64,000 nt of DNA from Octopus sinensis. Taxonomy: Eukaryota. Below the pieces are notes generated by a model, which saw only the letters and a program-made list of their open reading frames with translations, was not told the DNA's origin and ran no database searches. The stretch lies in assembly GCF_006345805.1 (NCBI RefSeq), contig NC_043005.1, forward strand, positions 63,736,001 through 63,800,000, read 5' to 3'. Shown here piece after piece: positions 25,139-37,700 of the stretch; the stretch's first letter is position 1, and every line of letters begins with the position of its first letter. Made by a program: the position numbers and the translations under genes.

Positions 25139-26468
25139 CTAAGCATTGTAGTATTTGAAAGTATTAATAAGTTTATGTATACAGGATGGTTTGAACTCTG
25201 ACCTTTTGTTAATAAGATTGTGTTTGTCTTTGAATTTCAAGATGTTCAGGAGTTCTACACAGCATAGTTGGCATCCTGCTCTATTATTTAAATAAGGTGC
25301 AGCTGATCCGATGATGGACCATCTGAGTTTGAAGCTTATGCATTTGTCTTTTAATTCCCAAATTCTTTTAGAGAGGGAGGTGCTGTTAGCCTTATGTCTA
25401 TGTCTCAGCGAGGACCGGTGGTTGTAGTATCTGGATTTCCAGGAGGTTGAGCAACCAATATAGGTGAGTGTGTTAAATTGAGTACTCACCTCACATGAGT
25501 ATATTACGTTTTTCGCCCTGCATGCGCCCTGCAGCGGGCACTATGATGCACATCTGCAGTTGCATTGCATTGCATTATTCGGTCGTGTGCTGCTAATCCT
25601 AGGCGGAGGTGTTGCAATACGAGTGGGGGCGTTGGTATCCTCCTGGTTGTTGATGGGTGTAGTATTTCCTCTGTTGTGTTGGCGGGTGTTATTACTAACT
25701 GCTTGGGTATTATGGTTGCCAGTCTGGTTATAATGCCTACTGTCTAGATGAGGGGGGTTCTGTTGGTCGCTATGGTTTGCTCTTGATCTAGCTGTTCTAA
25801 TATTAATATAGTTGTGTTTAGCTAAGAGGCAGCTCATGTTGGGCAGGGTAGAGTAGGAAATCCTAATAGTTTTGTTGGAGAAGATACTTCTATATTTGTG
25901 GGTGGGTGGGAAGTTGTTGGAAATTATAGAGAATATTCTTTTACATAACCTACCCCTAACTGCTAAGTTGAAAGGTATGTTGAACCATATGTATTTGCGT
26001 AATCTACTATTATCCCTTCTATTTCTCCTAGTAGGATCTATATTGTTCTCGTCGGGAGGGTTACTATTGTGTGCTGTTCTATTAGTTCGCCTATTTCCTA
26101 TACGTTGTTTGGAGTTTGAATTAGACTTATCGGTAGTGTGAGTTGAGTGCTGAGTTCGATTATAATTGGGAGTCTTATGGTCGACGGACGCTCCCGGTTG
26201 GTCTACATATGATATTCTCTGGTTATATCCGGCACTATAGAGGGCTTGGTTGTAGTGTTGAGCCTGATTATTGAAAATTTCTCTATTAGAGGATAGTTTT
26301 GTCAGTCTGTCTGAGATGGCTTGGACTGTGGTGCTAATTATACAGGGTGGATGGTTGGAAGAGGTATGGATGTATTTGGTAGTTTCTTCTGGTTTCCTAT
26401 ACGGGTAGTGAAGGTGCTTATTCAAATCTAACGTAACATCTAAGAAGTTAACTATTTTAGTATTGGTC
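25139..26468 (-). pseudogene. PLE RT C-terminus, Cys linker and GIY-YIG endonuclease, one in-frame TAG at 25541-25543
   Basis: VNFLDVTLDL, SNHPP, WFNIPFN, CNCRCAS*CPLQGAC, NVIYSCEV...TYIG, RYYNH, CQLC...CIH. The two track ORFs are one frame split by a single TAG. Confidence 0.9.
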
Positions 26469-27981
26469 ATTTTTATTTTTATTTTCATTTTTATTTTTAC
26501 TTTTATCCTACTTCCATTTATTTTTATTTTTAATTTTATTTTTACTCTTATTTTTACGTTTATTCTACTGCCATTTACTCTCATTTTCATTTTCATCCCT
26601 TACCTTAACTCTTATAACCCTTATAATTCTTATATTTCATTTCTAACTATTACATTGTATTTCTTATTTTATACTGTATTTTTTATTTCTAATCTTTACC
26701 CTTACCCTCATTCTTACCCCTAATTTATCGCTTTACACCTCTATATATGTTTATTTACTTACCTATGGATCCGCTTTTTGAGTATCCGAGCGTCCGCGTA
26801 CGTGTGTATGCGCATACATACATATGCGCGCGCGTATATGTACATGCATACTTCGATATCTTATGACTATACCCATGGGCGCGTGTGTCTCTGTGTGTGT
26901 ATGTGAATATATATATGTGCACGCACATACGGACACACAGCCGTGTGTGCGTGCGCGTATTAACATGAGTACGGGATTCTTTACATATGTTCTTATACAC
27001 ATCCTTTAATATCTTATACCTAGACCTAGAGACGTGGGCATATACGTGTACGTATGTAGTGAGGGGCGCGCGTATATACATGTGAGCGTGTACGCGCGTA
27101 ATGTCCGTCTATATATGCGGATATTCTGTTGTATGTATGTGTGTGTGCGCGCGTGCGTGTGGGTGCGTGTGTGTTTATGTACGTGTTTACACGCGAGTGC
27201 GTGTGTTTGCTTATAGACTTGGAGACGTATATGTACGCGTGTATGTGGGTGTATGTACCCATGATGATATGTATGTACTGAAAGTCCATTTAATTCAAGG
27301 AACCAGATTAAACTCTCATCAGCTCTGATTTACGACGAAACCGTTAATTTACTGACAGTTCTACAACTAAGTTTTATCAATCTCCTGACCACCATGCTGG
27401 GTCCGCGACCTCTATACATCCCTTACATCCTCTTTTACACTTTTATCATGTTTTTATCAGGTTCTTTTACTTCTTTTACTATTATTTCCATTTCTATTTT
27501 TACTTTACAACATTATGCCTTTACATTTATTTATATTTCTTTATATTTCTTTATACCCCCTTTACATCTCCTTACAACTCTTTATATCTTTATCCTCTAC
27601 ATTTTTATATTATTTTATATTATTTTATATTTTTTATCCCTCGTCCCGAACTCTCGCCCCTCCATCTTCACCTCTATATACGTATTTATTTATTTACATT
27701 ACCTCAACATCCAAGTTTCCTCATTCTACATTGAGAGAGGAAAGAGATGGACGATTCAATTCGATGCTGCTGCCGCATTATGTCGTACGGGAACGAGAAG
27801 ATTTGCATCCCCAACCAAGAATTTAGGAAGTAACACATGTCCTTGTGGAAGCTGTTGTGCGCGGCTGAAGAAGGCCACAGACATACATTATGATTTGTTA
27901 TGAATCTGTCTAATAAAGGCCCGAAACATATGTACCGCTGAATCCTTCGCCTCATGTCTTTATTTTATTTTTATTTTGATC
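26469..27981 (+). repeat. Right arm (inverted 5' copy of the pLTR)
   Basis: Reverse complement of 23365-24880, joined directly to the truncated RT at 26468/26469. Confidence 0.95.
27861..27938 (+). ncRNA. Type I hammerhead ribozyme with extended stem II and palindromic stem III
   Basis: GCGG-CTGAAGA-A-GGCC[ACAGA...TCTGT...]GGCCC-GAAA-CATATG-TA-CCGC. ACATATGT is a palindrome. Predicted cleavage after A27934. Confidence 0.85.
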
Positions 27982-28278
27982 AATATATATATAAATACAT
28001 AAGTACACACAACGATATGTATATATGTATATGTGTATATATTTATGTCCGTGTTTTATATGTAGGTGTAATTAAATATACGCTGTATAAATATGTGGTA
28101 TGGTCCTATGTACGTATATGGTCTGCTTATCAGATTATAATTTACCTTTGTTCCTATCTCCTTTGATATAGCATTGTGATTGATATATTGGTGTTGTATA
28201 TCTCAGATAGCAAAAATCTTTTGTCTGATTTCTTCATTGTCTGAGAAAATGGTGTTATCAGCATTTTGAGGCCTTTAG

Positions 28279-28595
<317 letters not shown>

Positions 28596-28853
28596 TTTAT
28601 ATATCTTCATATAGATTAATATTACAACTCTACCATAACTTTACTTTAGAAGTAAGTTTGTAGTAACTGTTCTGTCAAAAATAACTTATATATTATTTAA
28701 AGCAACAAAAGCAGTAGAATGTCGATTTCTCTTTCTAATTCAAATTTCATTACATATCTTTTACCAACGGTCGTACATCTCAATATAAACTCAATATATA
28801 TATATATATATATACACAAATAGACACACACACATACACACACATACGCACGT

Positions 28854-28890
<37 letters not shown>

Positions 28891-29086
28891 ATTCCTGCTG
28901 GTTAGAATAAAGTCTCTATACAGGTTAGAGACAATCAAAGAATTACGTTGGTGTAATGGCAAAACGCCTTTCATGCTTACTATGTTTTTATGTCTCAGAG
29001 AAACATTCTACTTCGTCTGTCTAAAGGATTTTTAACCTCACATTGAGCGCTATCGTTTATAATTTTGTATTCTTCAAGACAGTGAA

Positions 29087-29350
29087 GGCGCATGGCTCTG
29101 TGATTCGACCTACGAACTTACGACCGTGTGGTTGTGAGTTCGAATTCCGGACTAGGTTGTGTATTGTGTTCTTAAGCAAGACACTTTATTTCCCGTTGCT
29201 CCAGTTTACTCAGCTGTGGAAATGAGTTGCGACGTAACTGTTGTCAAGCCGCCTTTGCCTTTCTCTTGGATAACATCAGTGGCGTGGAGAGGGGAGGCTG
29301 GTATGCATGGGCGACTGCTGGTCTTCCATAAACAACCTTACCCGGACTAC
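29087..29350 (+). mobile_element. tRNA-derived SINE with CORE-like central domain
   Basis: B-box GAGTTCGAATTCC, then TTAAGCAAGACACTTTATTT...CTCAGCTGTGGAAATGAG resembling the CORE domain. Confidence 0.6.
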
Positions 29351-29387
29351 AAGATCTACCATTCGCAATATATACATATGTGTGTGT

Positions 29388-29446
<59 letters not shown>

Positions 29447-31708
29447 TATTTCTTTCTTACTCTACTTTGATAAAGACATATGGATTTACCGATCTGAAGA
29501 TCTACTGAGGATAGTAGAATAAACTAACAGGAGTCTTTCTACAGTCACTAAGGTTAACTGGCATTATTTTAACGCTAAAAGTGAATACGGTACCCGCTAG
29601 GATTGTATATTCCTACTAACCAATTTAGAAATGCGTGTCCTGTATTTGTGTATGTACGCATGTATAACGATATATTACACTAAACGGACGCGCATACATG
29701 TGTGTGTGTACGTGTGTGTGTATGTATGCATTTCTCTATTTATTAGTCACCAAGGTGGCAATGCCCATCATATTCACATAGCTTCCTAAACTATAGAATG
29801 TGCGTTTGCGTGCTTGATAGTAAACATCCAGCGACATTCATAACTAAATATTTATGTACTTGCTCGCACCCACTTGCACAGTAGTAAACCTAGATGCACT
29901 TGCATGATTGTAACGACCATTAAATTCTATGTTGAATGTGATAAAATGAAAATGAAATAAAAAGGCAAAATAAAAGTAAAAACATAGTGAATAATAACAA
30001 TATACGGAGAACGTTTGAAACGAATGGCTGAAGAGAATGAAGTGTGGTTATGAATGAAAAATATACGATTTAATATGATATATTTGATGTGCGAAGTATA
30101 GAATATAGGTAGATTGATAACAGCCATGTATAAAGTATTCATAACACCACCATCACTCTTCCTAGAATCTGAATGCTCATAGTCCAAGCGCGAACCCTAA
30201 GGTTAAAGAATAAAGGCTGGAAGTTTCGGACATCGAGCTACAAATCACCAGCATTTTTAACGTAAAATTTCAGGACCTGAAAGCTAAGACTAGTGTGTTC
30301 AGTGATTTCTCCCTGTCGAATAAAAGGCAAGGTTATGAATCTCAACGAGTACAATCCGTGGATTTCACTGATAGTAGGGGATAGGTACAATAGGATATAT
30401 GAATTACATGTTCCATTATCATGTACTGATTCACCAGTTCATGTAAAGTACCCATATCGTGGTTTTTTCGCTGTCGTTCACTGGCATTTCTTGAACATAT
30501 ATAGTTTGGATATATCTCTACGTTCCCCAGATGTAAGAGGCTCTCTCATGTTTGGGCATTCCTATGGTAAACGGGAAGCGTGAAGTTGAGATTTACAGTT
30601 GAGATAAGAAGAATTAAATTAAATGAGACGCAGAACAGAGAAAAATGGGTCGTGATATACACTGAATATATTTGAATGTAGCTGTCAAGTATCTCGGCTG
30701 CAGACGCGAGGTTTCAGGTAATTACATGATTTGTAGTTGAAATGCATCCGGAACGCACTTACTTGAAATCTTAATTTCCTTGTGTACAGAAAAGAATATA
30801 AATACTTTCTCAACTATTTGTTATGGTAACTAGAATGGTCAATATGTGAAGCTTTTAAGTTGCACATAAATTTGCACATAAATTTAAGTTGTTCTATTGG
30901 AAAATTTACCATTGCGGATATGCTCTACATGCCATGATTGTAGGGTCAATAACACCAACATTAAACTGTTGTATGGAACCCTCTGGTTTCAACGTGTCTC
31001 GATCGTTGAATGAATTTTCAGTAAACTGGTATTTGACACCACATAATCCATCAAAGAAAAAAAGAATGGTTATCACCAGAGAGATTTAGCTATAAGGTTA
31101 ACTGATCAGAGTGGAGCTGGAACTAAACAGTAGCAACAATAACCAGACGCGTAATCATATATACCAAACAAAACTCACAGCCAGATATTAAACTATACAA
31201 TGTAAAACACAGCATATAAGAAATGAAATACCCGTTGGAAACCTATTAGTTTTTAAATCAAAATTATTCCCCCAAAATATCGTAGAAAATGCATATCATC
31301 ATAAATGCAGAATTTCGCTTTCATACGAACTGGCAATATTCCTAGTCAAATTCTGATTTCTAACATAAATCGTCACCATTTATGACCGCCTAAGTTACAG
31401 AAATTTTAATATTAAACAATATTTCCCTCGTTGCATCTTAATATAATTGGCTGTAAAGTAACCATAATACTCTAGTTAACGTATGAAATGTAAATATTGA
31501 TCATTTCCCTTAATTATGTGTCTGATATAACAGCATTGACCATGTTGATATCACGCCATGTATCTCACAAACCTAGTTGGGGAAATTACATTCAATGATA
31601 TAAATGTGGTAGGATTTAAAAATCCTTATAAATTTAAAATTTCAACTCACGCACATACGGATAAAACATTATATCTGGGTGTGTAGTACATATAAAGGCA
31701 TGTCAGTG

Positions 31709-31762
<54 letters not shown>

Positions 31763-31766
<4 letters not shown>

Positions 31767-31955
31767 TAATCCAAACAAGAAAACACAGAAAAAAGAGAAA
31801 AAAAACACAGCAACGCGAGGACGTGGAACAATTAAAGTATTATTGACGCTCAGGAAAGAAGGGAAGGAGGGTTTAACGTTTCGAGCGGAGCTCTTCGTCG
31901 GAAACAAGGAGAAGGAAAGATCCCAAGAAGGGAAGACAGAGGAAAAATATTTTTG
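31763..31955 (-). mobile_element. Short PLE-type 3'-end fragment with hammerhead, abutting (TA)n
   Basis: HHR about 110 nt from the (TA)n junction, the same layout as the other HHR elements. A 25-bp tandem duplication (31954-32003) lies at the truncation point. Confidence 0.5.
31871..31905 (-). ncRNA. Minimal type I hammerhead ribozyme, U4C variant, GUU triplet
   Basis: GTTT-CCGACGA-A-GAGC(tcc)GCTC-GAAA-CG-TT-AAAC. Stems I and II are perfect and AACGTT is a palindrome. Confidence 0.7.
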
Positions 31956-31999
31956 CTGGTGGTGCTCAAGAGATCACATGCTGGTGGTGCTCAAGAGAT

Positions 32000-32060
<61 letters not shown>

Positions 32061-32525
32061 AGAGAGAGAGAGAGATATAGATATAGCTAGATAGATACAT
32101 GATGTATATCATATGTATATAAGTGTGTGTGTGTGTGTGTGTTGTTTTGACTGGGAGGAATTCAAGTTTCAACTAACAACTGGTTGCATCGATCTGATTC
32201 TTTGAATTTGACTCTACTTGTAGCATTGAGTCTTACCATCAGTAAACGTTCATGTCTTGTTTTTTTAATTATTATGAAATGACACCATTAAAAACACACA
32301 GATACGCATTGTGTGTGTGGGGGGGTGCACGTTGTGTGTTTGCATGTATGTGTTTGTGTGTGTAAATGCTCTGTTTAGTTTACTTTTAGATCACTTTTCG
32401 ACTCGGACTATAATGTTTTTCAATAGTCTCTTCGATCGGCGTTACACGTCACCACGAAAATATTCACAACATTTGTTTATATATAAACAGATCATAGAAT
32501 TTTAGATTAGTACATTGAAGACAGT

Positions 32526-32805
32526 GGAGGCACATGGCCTAGTAGTTAGAGCAGGGTTTGAATCTCAGACCGGGCGATGTGAGTGTTTATGAGCGAAACA
32601 CCTAAGCTCCACGCGGCTCCGGCAGAAGGTAGTGGCGAACCTCTGTTGAGTCTTTCGCCACAACTTTCACTATTTTCTCCTGCATTTTGCAGCTCACCTG
32701 CGACAGACCGGCGTTCCATCCAGGTGGGGAACCTATAGGCCAAGGCAACCGGGAAACCGGCCCTTACGAGCCAGGCGTGGCTCGAAAAGGAACAAACAAC
32801 AGCAA
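32526..32805 (+). mobile_element. tRNA-derived SINE family A
   Basis: GGAGGCACATGGCCTAGTAGTTAG head, CACCTAAGCTCCACG body and CCGGGAAACCGGCCC tail. Confidence 0.8.
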
Positions 32806-32859
32806 CAACATTGAAGACAAATGATGTTTGGCATTATGTTGATTTAAACTGTTTTTTAG

Positions 32860-33245
32860 CTCAAGACCACAAATTTTGGGGTAAGTCAATTACTTCGACC
32901 CCAGCACTTAACTGGTACGTATTTTATCGACCTCGAAAGGATAAAATTAAAGTTGACCTCGGCGGAAATTGAACTCAGAACGTAAAGAAGCTCAAAATGC
33001 TGCTAAGCATTGTGCGCGGCGTACTAACGATTCGGCCAGTTCGGCACTCTGATAGTTGGCATTACATTGATTGTATTGATTTTTTGGCACAAAGCCTGTA
33101 ACTCCGGGGGAGGAGCTAAATGTTCAACTAGTGCTTATTTTATCGACTCAGAAAGGAACTTGAACTCAGATCGTATAGATGGACAAAACGCTGCTAAACA
33201 TTTCACCCGGAATGCTAACGATTCTGTCAGCTCGTCGCTTTGATG
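32860..33245 (-). mobile_element. Two degenerate SINE family C fragments
   Basis: Reverse complements of CTGAGTTCAATTTCCGCCGAGGTCAAC and of the ...GCTGACAGAATCGTTAGC head. Confidence 0.65.
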
Positions 33246-34541
33246 TGTTTTCTTTTTGCTTTGCATCATGCTAGTATTTTGATATAGGATATAACAACGT
33301 TTTCAAGAGAACTATTGGAATTGAAACTTATTCCTCTACGTTTGCAACTTCAATATCAACTTGACTTAGCAATAGAATTTGCAAAAATTCAGTATCATTT
33401 TCAGTTACGTCTCAAATGGATTGGATAAACTCAGCGGGGTTGAAAGTATTACTCTACAAATTAAAAATTAAAGTTTAATTTCATAATTATCTTTCCCGTT
33501 TTGTTGGCAAATTAAGTTTATCTGGAAATAATGAGGAAATATTTAATAAGCATCATGATGGTTATATGCTTTTCTAAAACCATTCATCTTTGAAGTCCTG
33601 GCAAATAGTAACAAAGCAATCATATTGCAAAATTATTTGTTTTATTTTTCTCTAAATTAATGAACTTTATTGGAAATGTGTGCTACAGCCATGCTATGCA
33701 ATGCGGTCTTTTATATCTTTTAGTTGGTAAATTCTAGTTTAAAATTTAACTAAATACTAATTTTGATATTTAAAAGAGAATTTTTGCTCTCCGAAATTAT
33801 AGCTTGTCTGTTTTGTTTTCTGGATTTCTCTAATGTGAACAGTATTGAAAGAGCGTACTAATTTGTTGTTGGCTGAAGCAACTTTTCAAATTCAATTAGA
33901 ATTTAGTTTAGTATTGTATTCAGTAATAATACATGTGCCGTTAGCTAAGCAAACAATTAATCTTCTCTCTCTATTGAAGAACGAAAGCCTAAACAGTAGG
34001 TTCTTTCTGCAGCAACAGAATTTATTTCATACACACGCAGTAGTTGTGGTTAGTTTTTTCCAATATTTTTCATTGCAAACTGAGAAAAAGCATTATTAAT
34101 ATGCACACCCAAACCCTTCTCTGTAAAATATTGCAAGCACATTAGAGAGTACGACCCGCTAGATATAACAGTCAAATAACAATCAAATTACCCACTACGG
34201 TTAAAAACGGAAGAGCATATTCTGTTTAATTTAATCATAGCTACTGATACCAAAAACAAAACTAGTTATTTTAGGCAAATTCATGCTATAAAGCAGGCGA
34301 CTTGAGAGATTTGTTAGAAATATAGATAGTCTGCTTCGTAGCATTTGTTTTGCTTCTCTTCACTTTGAATTCAAACCCTCCCCTGAAAAATTTAACTTGT
34401 ATTTTTTCATGTCGACAAAATACTTGCAATCTAGAACTTTTTAGCGCGCTGGACGGGTATATGTCTGTATCGACACCAGTATTGTTATAGGCGCTTCGAT
34501 AGCAACACCTGGCATATATATTTTGTAAATATCTTTAACAT

Positions 34542-34720
34542 GGCGAGCTGGCAAAATCTTTAGCACACCGGAGAAAATGTTGAACGGTATTTCGTCCGTC
34601 TTTACGTTCTAAGTTCAAATTCTGCCGATGTTAACTTTACCTTTCATCCTATCGGGGTCGAGAAATTAAGTATCAGTTGAACACCCTGCTCCGATTTTGC
34701 TAGTCTGGTGACAAATTATA
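34542..34720 (+). mobile_element. SINE family C
   Basis: GGCGAGCTGGCAAAATC...GTTCTAAGTTCAAATTCTGCCGATG...ATCGGGGTCGAGAAATTAAGTA. Confidence 0.75.
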
Positions 34721-37700
34721 CTATTAGTATAATATCTGAGACTGTTGTTATTTACAACTAATTAATTGTACGTATTCATAGTATCTCCATCTACATCACG
34801 TTTCAATTATTTTGTTCCCAGTAATCATCGACTCACTTATTACTGGATATATACATAACACATGCCTCACGTAGCCAACTGAAAAAAAGAAATGAAGGTT
34901 AATATTCAAATCTAAACTGTACATGTTATATATGTAATATGTACATATCCAAGTATTTTGATGACGATAGGAAATTAAACTGACCGAAATAGATCAATAA
35001 ACGCTTTAGCTTCTGAGTATTGTATTGATATAGACTCCTGAACATGGACATTTTTCAAAAAACACATTAAAAATATTTGTGTGTGGTTTCAAAATTTAAA
35101 ATTCCATCACGTGTGGATATGGAGGTTGTTTTTTTTAATGGTAGAATTCATAGAAGGCAGAGCTACATTAATGGTGTGTTATTTTTAAAAAGTGTTTCAA
35201 ACAGAAATTTACCTATCAAATCGTTGCAATGCTTCTAGGTGGGATGTGTAGAACTGAAAGGCTCTGTAACGCAAAGATGCAAGATAACTGAATCTGCATA
35301 TTTATTGAGTATGTAATGTACCCCCGTCTCTTTTCTGCAGCGTTAATTTTACATGGAATGTAGCTAGCTCCCTAGTTTCTCGAGATCGAAAAGTTTTAAT
35401 AGCTATCATGCGTTTATAGGAGTCAAATATTAGAAAACGATTTCACAGTAAACTGATTTCACCAACCATTTGCAGCAATTTAATTCTATCGCATTGCTAA
35501 TAAATGTAAGATAAATGTTTTGTTCTAGCTACATAGCCTGATGCCGATGAGGGATAAACATATTCCGTTCTTCCCGTATTAGTTTCCAGTATGTCACGGA
35601 AACATCCCCATTCCAGACAATCCGTAATGTAAACTGAGGTATCTAAACCATAATAAACGATGAAACTATAAAAAAAATTTACGAGGTTCATGAAAGATAT
35701 CAGCTTAAAACAGAAGAATTCAACAGGAAACAATAGTGGATGATCGTTGAAGAGAAACTATGACAAACGATGTGAGCGGTCTAGAAAATACGTTGCGATA
35801 AACTACTTGAAACTGCTTTAAAGATAACATTATTAGAAATCGATAGTGAATGTGCACGGAAAAAACATTAGGAACACAGATTTCATGTTCCTCATTGAAA
35901 AAAATGCATTTTACAATGAATGTGCTGTTAAAGAGGCAATGCGCTAAATATTTAAACCGTATAAACTTTAGTTGTGTGGAAGTTCTGAATTATAGTATAA
36001 TACTAAATAAAAAGAGACAACATTGGAAGGCAGGTTATATGTTTTTCGTCTCTTGTATACTGATTTAGTTCATCTCACCACTTGTCCCTTCATCCCTGAA
36101 TAACTGATGCCTCACAACCCGTCTCACAGTAACCACCTCTTCGAAATAACGAAATGGAAGTAGCAATGGCTCACATCACCCACCAGCTACCTCTCTAAAG
36201 TAATGAAATACAATCAAATCATACTCCCATACTATCATTTACACCAAACAGAGCTCTCTAAAGATGAGAAAGGGAAACAGTAAGTCAATGAAAGATAGAG
36301 CTGATGATATATAAAAGTATCGCCTGGTCTGACTTGGTTTGCCTACAGTATCGTTACTTAACAGAATAACCCCTCCCACCACCAATCATGCAACGTAGCG
36401 TTCGTGGATTTCGACTGGCCGCAGTATTTACCAAGGGAGTTTCTACATAATCGCACAAACTGCTAGAAACATTTCCCAATTCTCCCTCAAATCACTTCCT
36501 ATTTTTTAAAATGAAGGGTGTGTTAGATAATGTGTTTTCTGTACAAAAAGGTAAGGTACATTTTACTAGAATACCTTTCATCTTTCGGTCAAGATTTATC
36601 TAGAGTAAAACAACAACAACAACCTACCAAAGAACTTTATTTCAAGATACGTAGTAAGGCCCAAGTGCGATCAAAGGTCCTTCTAGAAATAATAGAATTT
36701 CCCTCGTATTACATCCACTGACTTAAATTAAGACAGGAACTACTAAACAGTTTAGTTCTGTAGTTACAAGAAAATAAAATTTATAGAAACACACACACAT
36801 ACACACATGTATGTATATATATATATATGCATATATGATACATACATTTTTGTTTGCTAAGTCTCGGGGAAGAGACAGAGCTTAGTAAAGAATACTTACA
36901 CTTTATGATGTTTGATTATTAATTCTTCAGAAATTTTAATAATATCTGGAAAATACAAATATATTGTATTACACACGCACAAAGACTTTATCAGTTATTA
37001 CAGCTGCATATTTCATATTTTGTTGAACGTAAATATAATATATAATCACTTTTTCGAAGGTTTATAGCAAAACCTTTCTCGATTTTTGCATTGAAAATTA
37101 ATTTAATAACTTTAGCTTCTGAAGATTATGTTTTATTTAAAACATGTTTCCCTGTTACTAATGTAATTTCCGTGCAGATAGCAAGCAATTTTGTATTAAA
37201 ATATATTTTTCTTAATATCTTACATAAGATTCCTAATTCTTTATTAATACTACCTCAAGAACTTTAGCATCATCTTGGATTAAAATGCTTTCTACAGTCA
37301 TTGAGATAGACGCTTAATTCTACATTTACTAAATTTATCTAATCTTGCAAAATAGGTGCCATTAAAGTAGTTACCATGATAATCTGGAAAGTTTACTTGT
37401 GATATTCTGACTTTGTCTTAGAGATAATATCTATCGCATTGGCTTAATAATGCAGAATTAGAAAGAGTTAAGTTACTTTTCTAAAAAGTATTATTAACGT
37501 ATCTTTCTGACTTACTATACATACAAAGTAGCTTCAGACTCCAAACACACTGGTAAGAATTAAAGTCGTGATTTCTACTGTTAGACAATCTGTATTATTA
37601 TTAATTTCCAATGAATAGAAGAGACGGGAGTTCATGGTCTTTTTTCAAACCCTGCAAGAGAAAATTATACTTTCACAACGGAAATCCGGTCTTAGTGTCT

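Larger units (their letters stand above)
23365..27981 (-). mobile_element. Penelope-like element, Naiad-like, 5'-truncated, with about 1.5-kb inverted pLTR arms
   Basis: RT thumb plus GIY-YIG on the minus strand. Arms 23365-24880 and 26469-27981 are near-identical reverse complements. An HHR lies near each outer end. (TA)n flanks. Confidence 0.92.

Noticed and set aside
25541-25543. In-frame stop in the Naiad-like ORF as a selenocysteine codon (some Naiads are selenoproteins)
   Set aside because: The codon is TAG, not TGA. It sits at a non-Cys spacer position of CxC-x5-C, and no SECIS-like hairpin was recognised downstream. It is best read as a point mutation.
29490-29530. CTGAAGA followed by the perfect hairpin TCTACT/AGTAGA
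   Set aside because: No GAAA after stem II and no stem I or III.
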